Program-made: the position numbers and the translations under genes
Assembly: GCF_947568905.1 (NCBI RefSeq)
Contig: NC_079167.1
Span: forward strand, 124,001-188,000
DNA from: Ostrea edulis
Lineage: Eukaryota
Direction of reading: 5' to 3'
Length of the DNA stretch: 64,000 bases
The notes under the pieces: generated by a model
Seen by the model: only the letters and a program-made list of their open reading frames with translations
Database searches by the model: none
What the model was told of the DNA's origin: nothing
Part shown: piece by piece, positions 1 to 11,135 of the stretch
How the letters are laid out: every line of letters starts with the position of its first letter
Position numbering within the stretch: position 1 is the stretch's first letter

Positions 1-145
1 GCAGAGATGGCAAGGACTGCATGGCAGTGTTACCGACTGGATTCGATAAATCATTACCTTATCAACTAATCCTGTTGGTACAGAGAGAGACAGGGCGCCC
101 TGGGATTGCTCTTGTGTGTTGTCCTCTTGTTTCTTTGATAAAAGG

Positions 146-220
146 CTCAGGATATGAGGCTCACGGCGGGTGTGACCGGTCAACAGGGGATGCTTACTCC
201 TCCTAGGCACCTGATCCCAC
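146..220 (+). mobile_element. Fragment of the 3' terminal region of a Naiad-type Penelope-like element
   Basis: Matches the 3' UTR of the longer copies (1670-1740, 60425-60500): ggctcacggcgggtgtgaccggtcaacaggggatgcttactcctcct...cacctgatcccac. Confidence 0.85.
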
Positions 221-499
221 AAAACGTCATCGATATATCTAAATGTCGAATTGAAGGCCATAACAAGGGATTTTTTCTTCTCGCGTAGAAGTTTTTGAAT
301 AAATTCTGCTTCAATTCGTGCCCATGGGGATTCCAACAGACTGTTGGAAGATATGGTCAATGAGAAACTCTAGCATATTTTTTTTATTTCAACTTCAGAG
401 TACTTGTGCGTGGAATCATAGTGGTGAGTAAGTTTTTGAATGACTGATCACTAGATATGAATATTTCCGTTTTCCGTTTTTGTTGAAGAAGCAACTGTC
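221..499 (-). mobile_element. Inverted, internally deleted copy of part of the PLE RT (corresponds to about 809-1156 of the adjacent forward copy)
   Basis: Reverse complement encodes pieces CFFNKNGKRKYSYLVISHSK, HHxDSTHKYSEVEIK, FQQSVGIPMGTN, EAEFIQKLLREK, AFNSTFRYIDDV, with short internal gaps. Confidence 0.85.
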
Positions 500-1838
500 T
501 AAACTACATAAAAACCCTTACAAACAAAGATACATTGCTGGATCCAGTAAGTGCTCTACCAAGCCCCTATCTTTGCTCCTCACGAAAATGTTAACAGATG
601 TGAAGGAGAAACTTCAAACTTACTGTGCGACTACATATGCCAGAAGTGGTGTTAATCAAATGTGTATTCTAAGAAATTCTAAAGAACTTTTAGTAAACTT
701 GAAATCACAGAATTTTTCCCAAATCAATAACATTAAAACCTATGACTTTTCAACACTATACACGACCATTCCTCACGATAAATTAAAGACTAGACTTTTT
801 GACATCATAGACAGTTGCTTCTTCAACACAAACGGAAAACGGACATATTCATATCTAGAGATCAGTCATTCAAAAACTTACTTTTTTACACACCACTCTG
901 ATTCCATGCACAAGTACTCTGAAGTTGAAATAAAAAATATGCTAGAGTTCCTCATTGACAATACCTTCGTGGTCTTTGGTGATCAGGTCTTCCAACAGTC
1001 TGTTGGAATTCCCACCGGGACGAATTGTGTTCCTTTGTTAGCTGACCTGTTTCTATATTCATATGAAGGAGAAGTTATTCAAAAACTTCTACGCGAGAAG
1101 AACACATTTCTCGCTGTGGCCTTCAATTCGACATTTAGATATATCGATGACGTTCTGTCTATTAACAATAATAGCTTTCATTCATATGTCGATTTGATAC
1201 ATCCCTGTGAGCTGGAAATAAAGGACACCACAAAGTCATCCACTTCTGCTTCATACTTAGATATTTTATTGAAAGTAGACATTAACGGCAAACTGACAAC
1301 TCAACTGTATGACAAACGGGATGATTTCAGCTTCTCCATCGTCAACTTTCCATAATCATGTAGCAATATTCCATTATCACCTGCATATGGTGTTTATATA
1401 TTTCAACTGATTCGATATGCAAGAGCTTGTTTTGGGTATAGTCAGTTTTTAAATCGAGGTAAGCTACTGACAAACAAGTTGATGGTACAGGGGTTTCAAC
1501 AGTCTCTATTGAAGTCAACATTTCGCAAGTTCTATGGTCGTTATAACGATCTAGTTCGTCAATACAACCTCGCATTGGGTCAAATGCTGTCTGACGTGTT
1601 TCATACCGATTGTTAAGCCGTTCTTGGCACACTGATTTTGACTGCGGATAACTCCGTTTACCTGATCAGGATATAGGTCTCACGGCGGGTGTGACCGGTC
1701 AACAGGGGATGCTTACTCCTCCTAAGCACCTGATCCCACCTCTGGTGTGTCCAGGGGTCCGTGTTTGCCCAACTATCTATTTTGTATTGCTTCTAGGAGT
1801 TATGAGATTGATCACTGTTCGTTATCTTCACCTTGCAT
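499..1838 (+). mobile_element. 5'-truncated Penelope-like retroelement (Naiad-type RT), decayed
   Basis: PKLHKNPYKQRYIAG, YDFSTLYT, GIPTGTN, RYIDD, YLD, LYDKRDDF motifs; premature TAA at 1353-1355; thumb ends at VFHTDC with no C-terminal GIY-YIG; ~200-nt 3' UTR shared with many copies. Confidence 0.9.
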
Positions 1839-2059
1839 CTAGCAATTTAAACAAGTTGTTATTTTCAGGCGATTTGCTGATACATTGATGAATGAAAGAA
1901 AACAAATTATTTTTATGCAATACCTCACTTACAAATGTAAAGTGTGTGTGCTGTTGTAGAATGTAACATTTTCATTAACGAAGTTTAAGAAAAGAATTAT
2001 GACATACATTATTTTGGACTTACAAGATATGTATTTACTCGATATAGTTTATGCTACTT

Positions 2060-2345
2060 TAAAAGGGTAACACTAACTGATATATCAAGCTTTCTCGTAA
2101 ACCGCCCGCTTACATTTAAACCAGCCAATCAACGCGGCAGTAAAGGAAAACACTCATCCTATAGAATTATGTTAGGTTACGGACGTAGAAGTAAAAGAAT
2201 GTGTCTAATACAAACCAATAATGCGTTTCACGTGTGATGCTACACATACTTTATGCTTCAGGATTATTCAGAATGAAGAATAAGGTGGGTGATAAATTCA
2301 TTTCGATGAAAATTGCATTAAGATATGTATTTCTACTTTCGGTTT
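2060..2345 (+). promoter_or_regulatory. Diverged paralogue of the promoter-like region at 17035-17340
   Basis: Colinear blocks shared with 17035-17340 (gggtaacac.aactgatatat, ttctcgtaaac, cagccaat, ttcaggattattca, gaataaggtgggt, ctactttcggtttcat). Function is inferred only. Confidence 0.35.
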
Positions 2346-3159
2346 CATCCTTGAATGCAAAAATATACATTGGCAATATGATGTAATTGTTTAGGACAAT
2401 AGTCGAGTAAACATCATTTATCATCTTCCATGATTTATAAAATCGAGTGAAAGAGAAGCAAGGTTGAATATCTGCTCCAGTTACTTCGATCCTCAACACA
2501 AATTAACATTTTATGTTCCTCGCTTTTTGGTGCAGTTTATTAAACACAACTCTGTCAGCACTAAGAAAAGATACAACCCTATAATATCTTTCAATTCAAA
2601 ATTGAATTTTTTTTAATTGATTGCAATTCAAAACTTAATTACCTCTTTTTCTACAGCATTCGTCAATATTGAACCCATAGAAAAAAGATATTCTGTGATC
2701 GTCCCTATATGAATATTCACAACATGTATATGGCACATATTTGAAAACTGTCTCAGGAAGTTTGTTTATACGTATATAACTTGGTATAGTACAGTTATTA
2801 TCAAAGACAAATAAAGGTACACCACTTGAATTCGCAGGTTATCTATGGTCTTTATCGGTACGGTGTTTTAAATACTTTCAATTTGATCATTAACCTGCAA
2901 TACATACATTTCTATATATCATAACACATTGGGATCCACTTTTTCAACAGTCTTTCGTTTTAACATTATTTTGATAATTCTACAAAGAGCAAAGGAAAAC
3001 AATCAAAAACAAAAGAGCATGAAATAAAAAGTAAAACAACCCCCCCCCCCCAAAAAAAAATTGTTCATTTACAAAATTCATATCAAAATATTCTGATCAT
3101 TGCAACTTATAAAAGCATGATAATACGATGATTGCAGCTGGAACTAACAAATAAAACCA

Positions 3160-3499
3160 GGTCTGCCACACATAATCACATCAATATTAATATAAAAAAA
3201 TCAGATCCCCCACACATAATCACATCATCATTAATAAATAAAAACCAGATTAACCACACGTCATCACATTATCATTAACAAATAAAAACCCATATCTACT
3301 ATATGGTTTTTATTTATTAATGATGATGTGATTATGTGTGGTGGATCTGGGTGTTTATTTATTAATGATGATTTGATTATGTGTGGTGGATCTTGCTTTT
3401 TATTAATGATGATGGGATTATATGTGGTGGACCTGGTTATTATCAATGATGATGTGATTATGTGTGGTGGACCTGATTTTTATTTATTAATGATGATAT
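3160..3499. repeat. ~41-bp minisatellite arranged as a fold-back (inverted arrays around about 3296)
   Basis: Units ccacacataatcacatcatcattaat... at 3160-3290 are the reverse complement of units gatgatgtgattatgtgtggtggatct... at 3305-3499; centre aaaaaccatatctactatatggttttt. Confidence 0.85.
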
Positions 3500-3640
3500 N
3501 NNNNNNNNNNNNNNNNNNNNNNNNNNNNNNNNNNNNNNNNNNNNNNNNNNNNNNNNNNNNNNNNNNNNNNNNNNNNNNNNNNNNNNNNNNNNNNNNNNNN
3601 NNNNNNNNNNNNNNNNNNNNNNNNNNNNNNNNNNNNNNNN
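3500..3640. other. Assembly gap (141 N)
   Basis: Run of N. Confidence 1.
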
Positions 3641-4844
3641 CAGGGACCAAGCACTCTTTGTCACATACACAAGTAATGGCATACTTAGCTTAAGTGGTAC
3701 TCAATCATAAAGGGATAAACAAACAAAAACACTAACATATGCTGGTACCAATATTTCTAAAATACATTTAAAAATATCATACCATCATTCATTGTTCCAT
3801 TAATGAAAAAACAACAACAACCAAAAATCAGGATACCCTGAAAACTGAGACTCTCTTGAATCTTTCAAGTGATCATAGAAAATTGTTTTTAATTATTCGC
3901 CATAGCCAATTTTGCTGTACCTCTTATTATTTATATTTATTTTAGTATAAATTACAAGAATTACGCGTCGTTGCTTTTCCATGATATTGCACCATGGGGT
4001 AATGGATTTGCATCATTCAACCAAAAATGGTTGGTTTACTGAGAAAGTATTTGTGAACACAACTTTCTCATGGTTTCTCGGGCTTTACAATAAAAATTCA
4101 ATACATTCCTTTAACTGCGATTTTTAAGAATTAAACAGGCATGAAGTTTTTTTTCTATGAGTGAGGGTATTGGGTTTTTTTGCGGGGGGGGGGGGGGTCA
4201 TGGTTAGGAAGTGTTAAAAGAACAACATTCAAATTAAACACCATACTTGTAGATCTAAATTTAGGTTACTTTATTAATAAACACTTTAGTGTTCATGATC
4301 TGAAATTAACAATCATATCTGTAATTTGGGGAAGATAGGAAATATGTATTATTTGGGGAAGTAACAGTTTATAAATACCAATTTAGAAGAATCAGTATAA
4401 TTTAGATTTCTTGTACTGCTTGACATTGTAGAAATTTTAATACTGCTTTACTATTTCTTCTCCGAGAGCTTCATTCTGCTTCTGATATAATTTTTTTAAT
4501 GGGATTTCACTGTACATTTTCACAGATCCTTTCCCTACTACGATGTTAATTTTAACTTCATGATTGGTTAGGGAGGAAATGTGCAATTAATTAGTATTAG
4601 GATTTTTTGTACATTTATTATAGCTGATTATCTTTGTTAATGCTTTGCTTCTGTGATTAGCCTCTCTGCATGAAAGTTACACTTTGGACTCGTTGTGCGA
4701 CTTTTGAATGTTATTTACATGTTGTTACTTCAATATTAAAAAGTTTAAAATTCTCTTTTGAGAATCTTATACAACGAATTTGATGCGAGCATTTTGTAGA
4801 TTAAAAGTTAAAAACAGTGCTAGTTGTTTTTTGTTACCAATCCA

Positions 4845-6210
4845 TTATGTGTGATGGGTCTGGTTTTTATTTATTAATGATCATGTGATTAGGTGTGGTG
4901 GATCTGTTTTTTTTATTTATTAATGATGATCTGATTATGTGTGGTGGGCCTGGTTTTTATTTATTAATGAGAGTGTAATTATGTGTTGCGTATCTCGTTT
5001 TTATTTATTAATGATGATCTCATTTTATGTGGCTGATCTGCCTTTTTTATTTGTTAATGATAATGTGATTATGTGTGGTGGATCTGGTTTTTATTTGTTA
5101 ATGATGATGTGATTATGTGTGCGTGGGTAGGTTAAGGAATCCCTTATAGAATATCCCAGTGCACTTTATGCCTTTACTTCGCCGAACTACCAATAAATGA
5201 CGTCATAATGGAAAATTACGTCAAGTCACTGCAAAATTGAGCTGTTATGACTGGGAGAGTGTCAAAAACTTTAGACCTTATTTCAAACTGCCTACAAGAT
5301 GTCAGAACACTATAGCAAAAATTCTCGTGTCTGAATTGTATTTTAATATCTTATATGTCGGAATATTTTAAAATAGTTTGTTTAATTAACCTTAATTGAA
5401 ATTCAGCGTGTTTATACTGCTTTCAAAAAATATACTTTTGAAATCTACTCTGTTTTACACCAGTGATAAGAGGTAGAATTTTATGATGTGTTTATAAAAG
5501 AGTCTAGCGCAGGTAATTTATGAGGATTCATTTGATATCTATTACGGAAATCGTAAGAGGAGTTTGTTCTCTACCCGAATCTTGTTTGGTTAAATGTTTA
5601 ATGGCTTTGTTTGAATACAGATTACCATCAAATGTGTAGGTAAGTGTGTCCGTAAGTTGAACTCTTCATGAAATATATGTATTTTGTACGCAAGTAATAC
5701 TACCATTTTTCCCAAGCACATTTCGGGTACACAAAGATATGGTGAGTTCATTTATAAAACAAAAAGTTTAAAATCATTGTTAAATGAGCTGTGCTGAAGC
5801 CATTTTTCCCAAGCACATCTCGGGTACACAAGGATACGGTGAGTTCATTTATCAAACAAAAAGTTTAAAATCATTGTTAAATGAGCTGCGCTGAAGCGAT
5901 TTATGTGAAACACTTCAAACAATTATAAATGACCGTCACGTGATCAACGAAGTCATGTGATATCATAACAGATATGCTAATATATAGCCGAGAGAACCTT
6001 CTATATAAATTGTCTATACTTAAGTATATAAATTACAAGTGAAAACCAAAAACCGACCACGCAATCCAATGTATGTTCTGAACGCATTTCAAACTCTGGG
6101 AAGCCTTAACATAGCTGCGTGGTGGATCTCGTTTTTATTTATCAATGATGATGTGATTATGTGTGGTGGGTCTGATGTTTTATCTATTAATGATGATGTG
6201 ATTATGTGAT
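4845..6210 (+). repeat. Same ~41-bp minisatellite array, interrupted by a MITE at 5122-6119
   Basis: Repeated gatgatgtgattatgtgtggtggatctggtttttatttattaat units at 4845-5121 and 6120-6210. Confidence 0.85.
5122..6119. mobile_element. Non-autonomous DNA transposon (MITE), copy 1
   Basis: Imperfect TIRs cgtgggtaggttaaggaatccc / gggaagccttaacatagctgcg; homologous to 47777-48676; has an extra internal 98-bp tandem duplication; flanked by duplicated TG. Confidence 0.85.
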
Positions 6211-6439
6211 TCCCAATAAATTTGTCACAGAGAATGTTCATATAGTTTTGTGAAACATCCTAAATCGGTGTAAGAAATTTTAAAGTATGTGATATCATCT
6301 TGAAGTGTATTTTTGGAGACTACGGGAAATTCTGTATTTAAAAAATCCTGCAATTCTATGGCGTGGCGTGTAATTTTCTATCTTTTATGACATATTTCCG
6401 TGAAACACACAATAAAATATTTGGATTTTTAATCAATAT

Positions 6440-6698
6440 TGTTATATATGTATTATTTTAATGTTCTATATTCCAAAGTTCACACCTGCATCTCCAACAT
6501 AAATAAAACAATGTTAGGGTAGTAATTGATTCTGACGGTCGCTAATGGATAACCTATTAAAAGCTCTGACTCTACATAACTTGATATTTGATACTCTGTG
6601 AAACTCTTGTATTGTAGCTTAATGCATGTTAATGTATTATCAGTTAATAAAATGTAGCCACAGTGAACAGACGTGTTTGTATAGATTCATACACAACA
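6440..6698 (+). repeat. 5' LTR
   Basis: 259 bp; about 7 substitutions against the 3' LTR by eye. Confidence 0.95.
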
Positions 6699-6701
6699 AA
6701 T

Positions 6702-6715
6702 TGGCGACGAGGATG
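6702..6715 (+). promoter_or_regulatory. Primer-binding site, complementary to the 3' end of tRNA-Ser(GCU)
   Basis: TGGCGACGAGGATG, 3 nt after the LTR; eukaryotic tRNA-Ser(GCU) ends ...CAUCCUCGUCGCCA (from recall). Confidence 0.75.
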
Positions 6716-6808
6716 TTTTAAGATATTACTGATAATTCCATGGAAATTTTCGTGTCAAAGAATACTGCAAAGTTTCTGTGATTAACAGTTAAAGTCATCA
6801 TTACCAAA

Positions 6809-7530
6809 ATGGCAGGCTATATAGGAAAAATTGATCCCTTTGATGACAGCATTGAAACTTGGACTTCATATGTTGAAAGACTTGAACAATATTTCAAGGC
6901 TAATAAAGTGGACAACAATATGAAAGTACCGGCGCTGTTAAGTTTGATCGGAGGAAAAACGTATTCATTATTACGCGATCTCACCAGTCCAGAAAAACCG
7001 GTGGAAAAAAACATTGAGGACATTGTCAAATTGTTAAAGGACCATTTATCACCCAAACCTTCGGTAATCACAGAGAGGTTCAGGTTTAATCGACGACAAC
7101 AAATGGACGGCGAATCAGTAAATGAATACGTGGCAAAACTTCGAAAACTTGCTGAATATTGTGAATTCGGGGATAATTTAAATGACACCCTTCGCGACAG
7201 AATAGTGTGCGGACTAAACAACGAGCAAATTCAGAGACAACTGTTGTCTAAAACAACTCTCACACTGCAAAAAGCCATTGACATAGCCGTGGCCATGGAA
7301 ACTGCATCAAAGGACGCACAAGAACTTAGAGACAAGCAAGTCAGTGTCAACAAACTGAGTCATCAATGCAATCAATTACCAACAAAAGACCGACACGCCA
7401 CAGTCTAGCAAATGCATCCGATGCAAGGGCAAAAATCATGCATCAGCCGATTGCTACTTCAAAGATGCCGTTTGTCGAAAATGCAACAAGAAAGGTCACA
7501 TTAAACGAGCATGTCTGACAAAAGGTAAAC
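6809..7530 (+). pseudogene. gag: Gypsy gag with two CCHC zinc knuckles (frameshifted before the knuckles)
   Basis: WTSYVERLEQYF, LRDRIVCG motifs; CIRCKGKNHASADC and CRKCNKKGHIKRAC lie in a different frame at about 7410-7520. Confidence 0.9.
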
Positions 7531-7571
7531 ATAAATTTAAAACAGCCAAACAGAAGAAATATGCAAGGAAT

Positions 7572-10500
7572 GTGGACCAAACTGGAAGCGATGACAGCGA
7601 TTCGTCATGCGGAATAGAAAAATTAAGCATAAATTTCGTCATCAAAGCTGATGATTGTCCGATACCCTTAAAGGTCAGAGTAAATGGAAAGGATATTCAA
7701 ATGGAATTAGATACCGGATCAGCCGTATCCATGATATCAGAGGAAAGGTTCCGAGAAATATTCGGAAAGCAGCCATTGAAATCGAGCAATATCAAACTCC
7801 GTACGTACTCTGGAGAAAAATTAAAATCAGCAGGAGTTTTAGATGTTAACGTGGAACACAATGGACAAAGTGTCACTTGTGAGCTCTACGTGGTAAAAAA
7901 GGGAACAACAACCTTATTTGGAAGATCATGGCTAAAAGAATTAAAACTTGACTGGAAAAACGTCAAAAGTGTTATGAGTGTCACTACAATGAAAAGTGAA
8001 AGCAAAAGCAAAGTGCAAGTTATATTACAAAAATATAGCTCGGTGTTCAAAGACGGAATTGGTAGAGTTGAAGGAATTAAAGCAAACCTACATTTAAATG
8101 AAGATGCAAAGCCAATCTTCTGTAAAGCACGACCAGTTCCGTACGCCATGAAAATCAAAATTGAACAAGAACTAGAAAATCTTGAAAATATGGGAATTCT
8201 GGAGAAAGTAGACACAAGTGAATGGGCAACTCCGATTGTCGCGGTTCCTAAGAAAAATGGAAATGTTAGGATCTGCGGAGATTTTAAAGTCACAATCAAC
8301 CCCAAGATGAATGTCGATCAATATCCCTTGCCAAAAATTGAGGATATTTTTGCGTCATTGTCTCATGGAGAACATTTCTCTAAAATAGATTTGAGACAGG
8401 CTTATCTACACATGGAAATGGAGGAAAAGTCGAAAGCATACCTTACTATTAATACCCATAAAGGACTATATCGATACAACAGATTGTTGTACGGGGTAGC
8501 ATCAGCACCATCAATTTGGCAAAGAACTATGGACCAAATTCTTCAAGGAATACCAGGAGTTCACTGCATCTTAGACGACATGATTGTCACAGGTAAAACC
8601 GAAAAGGAACACTTATGGAATTTGGATAGTGTTCTTCAACGCCTCCAAAATTTTGGATTGAAAGCTAACATAGAAAAATGTAAATTTTTCACAGACAGTG
8701 TTAAATACTGTGGACATGAAGTCACAAAAGAGCGCATCTGGAAAACTAAAGACAAAATTGACGCAGTATTAAGGACGCCAGCTCCTGAAAATCTTACCCA
8801 ACTTAGATCATTTCTTCGTCTTGTAAATTATTACAACAGATTTTTACCAAACCTAACAAGCGAACTAAAACCATTGCATGAACTGTTGGAAAAAGGACGA
8901 AAATGGTCTTGGAAAGAAAACCAACAGAAAGCTTTCGAAAAAGCAAAAACGCTTATAACTTCCGATACTGTCCTGGCGCATTATGACCCCGACATGGACC
9001 TATGTCTCACTTGTGATGTCTCTCCATACGGAATAGGAGCTGTGTTGTCACACAAGTACGAGAGCGGAAGCGAACGACCGATTGCTTACATCTCGAAAAC
9101 GTTGACAAAAACAGAGCGAAACTATGCACAAATCGACAAAGAAGCACTGGCGATTTATTGGGCAGTTAAGAAATTTTATCCTTGCCTTTTTGGACGGAAG
9201 TTTACACTGATTACAGATCACCAACCATAAACATCTATTTTCAATCCTTCAAAAAGCATTCCAGTAACGTCTGCTTCAAGATTACAAAGATATGCTGTGT
9301 TTTTGTCAGGATTCACCTATGAAATTGTGTACACAAGTACCAAGAAACACACAAATGCAGATGCGTTGTCGAGACTACCTATGAAGTCAAATGACAACGA
9401 TGGGCCGGATGCATCTGAAATTTTTAACATTGAGCAAATAGAGAATTTGCCAATAACTGGAAAGGAAATTGCAAAAGAAACTAAAAGAAATCCGATGCTG
9501 AGTTGTGTCTACCAGCATGTGACATCGGGATGGAAGAAACCAGAGGACACATCCTTGATGCCGTTCTACAATCGTAGATATGAAATTACCACACAACTCG
9601 GATGTTTGATGTGGGGAATTCGAGTCATAATTCCAACAAAATTTCGGAAGAGAATATTGGAAACTCTTCATGTGTCGCACCTAGGAGTGGTGAAAATGAA
9701 GGGCATTGCGAGAAGTTACGTATGGTGGCCTGGAATTGATAAAGAAATTGAAAACATCACTAAATCTTGCAGTGGATGTGCTAAAATTCAAAACAATCCA
9801 AGCAAAGCACCAGTACATCCCTGGGAATGGCCTTCAGCACCCTGGCAGAGGATACATATTGATTTTGCAGGACCATTTTTAAATAAGAATTTTCTAATCA
9901 TGGTTGATGCGCACTCTAAATGGCCTGAAGTTTTCACAATGAATAAAATTACATCATTTAAAACCATTGAAATTCTTCGTACAGTTTTCGCAAGAAATGG
10001 AATTCCAGAGCAGATCGTCTCAGACAACGGATCACAGTTCACGTCACGTGAATTTGATGATTTTACAAAGAAAAATGGAATTAAACATTTCAAATCCGCT
10101 CCATATCACCCAGCAACTAATGGATTGGCCGAAAGATTTGTGCAAACTTTTAAACGAAACATGAACTCTATGAAAAACAAAGAAATGTCGCTCAACAAAA
10201 AGATTCCGAACTTCTTATTGCTGTATAGGAACGCACCTCATAGTGTCACCAATGAGACACCAGCAAAATTATTTCACGGAAGAAATCTACGGACATGCCT
10301 AGATTTGATACGACCCGATACCAGGGAAATCGTGACAGATGAAACCATGAAAAACGCCGTGGAGGAAAGAGGAACAATCCGAGAGTTCAAAGAAAATGAC
10401 CATGTGATTGTACGGGATTATCGAAATAATGATAAATGGATTAACGGACAGATTAGATCAAAATTAGGACCGTTATCTTACGAAGTCACCACAGAACAAG

Positions 10501-10751
10501 GAAGCGTGTGGAAAAGATACATCGATCAAATCCGCGATTCAAAACCGAAACCTGATGAACAGTGTTCTTTAAATGACCCTATGGCAGAAATATGTGAACA
10601 ACAAGAGTCCGTAACTTCTGACTCAAACGCGCCATGTAGCGAGTCTCCGGCCAGTACACACATAGAAAACGCGACATCCGAACAACAGTTAAATAAACGT
10701 TATCCGATGCGTGTGCGAAAACAAACCAAAAGACTCATTGAAGAGTGTTGA
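7572..10751 (+). pseudogene. pol: Gypsy pol (protease, RT, RNase H, integrase) broken by one stop
   Basis: LDTGS protease; ILDD RT; NYAQIDKEALA RNase H; TAA at 9228-9230 in DHQP*TSIF; integrase HxxHLG..CxxC, IDFAGP, SDNG, GLAERFV. Confidence 0.93.
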
Positions 10752-10863
10752 CTTTGTACATAAACATTGTAACATTAACATAATCTAATGAACTTTAATT
10801 ATCAATTAAGTAGAATAGTTTTGTGTTCTTTTGAATATTACAAATGTTTTATGTTCATAAAAT

Positions 10864-10874
10864 AGAAGGGAGGA
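10864..10874 (+). promoter_or_regulatory. Polypurine tract
   Basis: agaagggagga directly before the 3' LTR. Confidence 0.85.
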
Positions 10875-10876
10875 AT

Positions 10877-11135
10877 TGTTATATATGTATTATTTTAAAG
10901 TTCTATATTCCAAAGTTCACACCTGCATCTCCAACATAAATAAAACAATGTTAGGATAGTAATTGATTCTGACAGTCGCTAATGGATAACCTATTAAAAG
11001 CGCTGACTCTACAGAACTTGATATTTGATACTCTGTGAAAATCTTGTATTGTAGCTTAATGCATGTTAATGTATTATCAGTTAATAAAATGTAGACACAG
11101 TGAACAGACGTGTTTGTATAGATTCATACACAACA
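10877..11135 (+). repeat. 3' LTR
   Basis: 259 bp, TG...CA, followed by the AATAT TSD. Confidence 0.95.

Larger units (their letters stand above)
6440..11135 (+). mobile_element. Full-length Ty3/Gypsy LTR retrotransposon (Mag-like), inactivated
   Basis: Two 259-bp TG...CA LTRs, 5-bp TSD AATAT (6435-6439 and 11136-11140), PBS, PPT, gag-PR-RT-RH-IN order; frameshift near 7370 and stop at 9228-9230. Confidence 0.97.

Noticed and set aside
1342-1632. Recurrent MCQER(L/P)NNRYE... ORFs (also 46755, 53196, 60100)
   Set aside because: Antisense reading of the Naiad thumb region; recurrence only reflects repeat copies.
1670-1790. Possible HDV-like or hammerhead ribozyme in the Naiad 3' UTR
   Set aside because: Local hairpins exist, but I could not assemble a full HDV double pseudoknot or a CUGANGA/GAAA core by eye; needs an Infernal search.
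1691-1888. Recurrent short hydrophobic ORF ...MLTPPRHLIPPLVCPGV... (also 38502, 47432, 53449, 56866)
   Set aside because: Lies in the Naiad 3' UTR, with variable starts and ends; conservation is explained by copy identity, not coding selection.
3160-6210. CRISPR-like look of the ~41-bp repeats
   Set aside because: Head-to-tail units with no unique spacers, in eukaryotic context with no cas genes; a minisatellite.
6817-10164. Overlapping or antisense ORFs inside the Gypsy element (6817, 7655, 7886, 9387, 9788, 9967)
   Set aside because: Shadows of gag-pol with no independent motifs.
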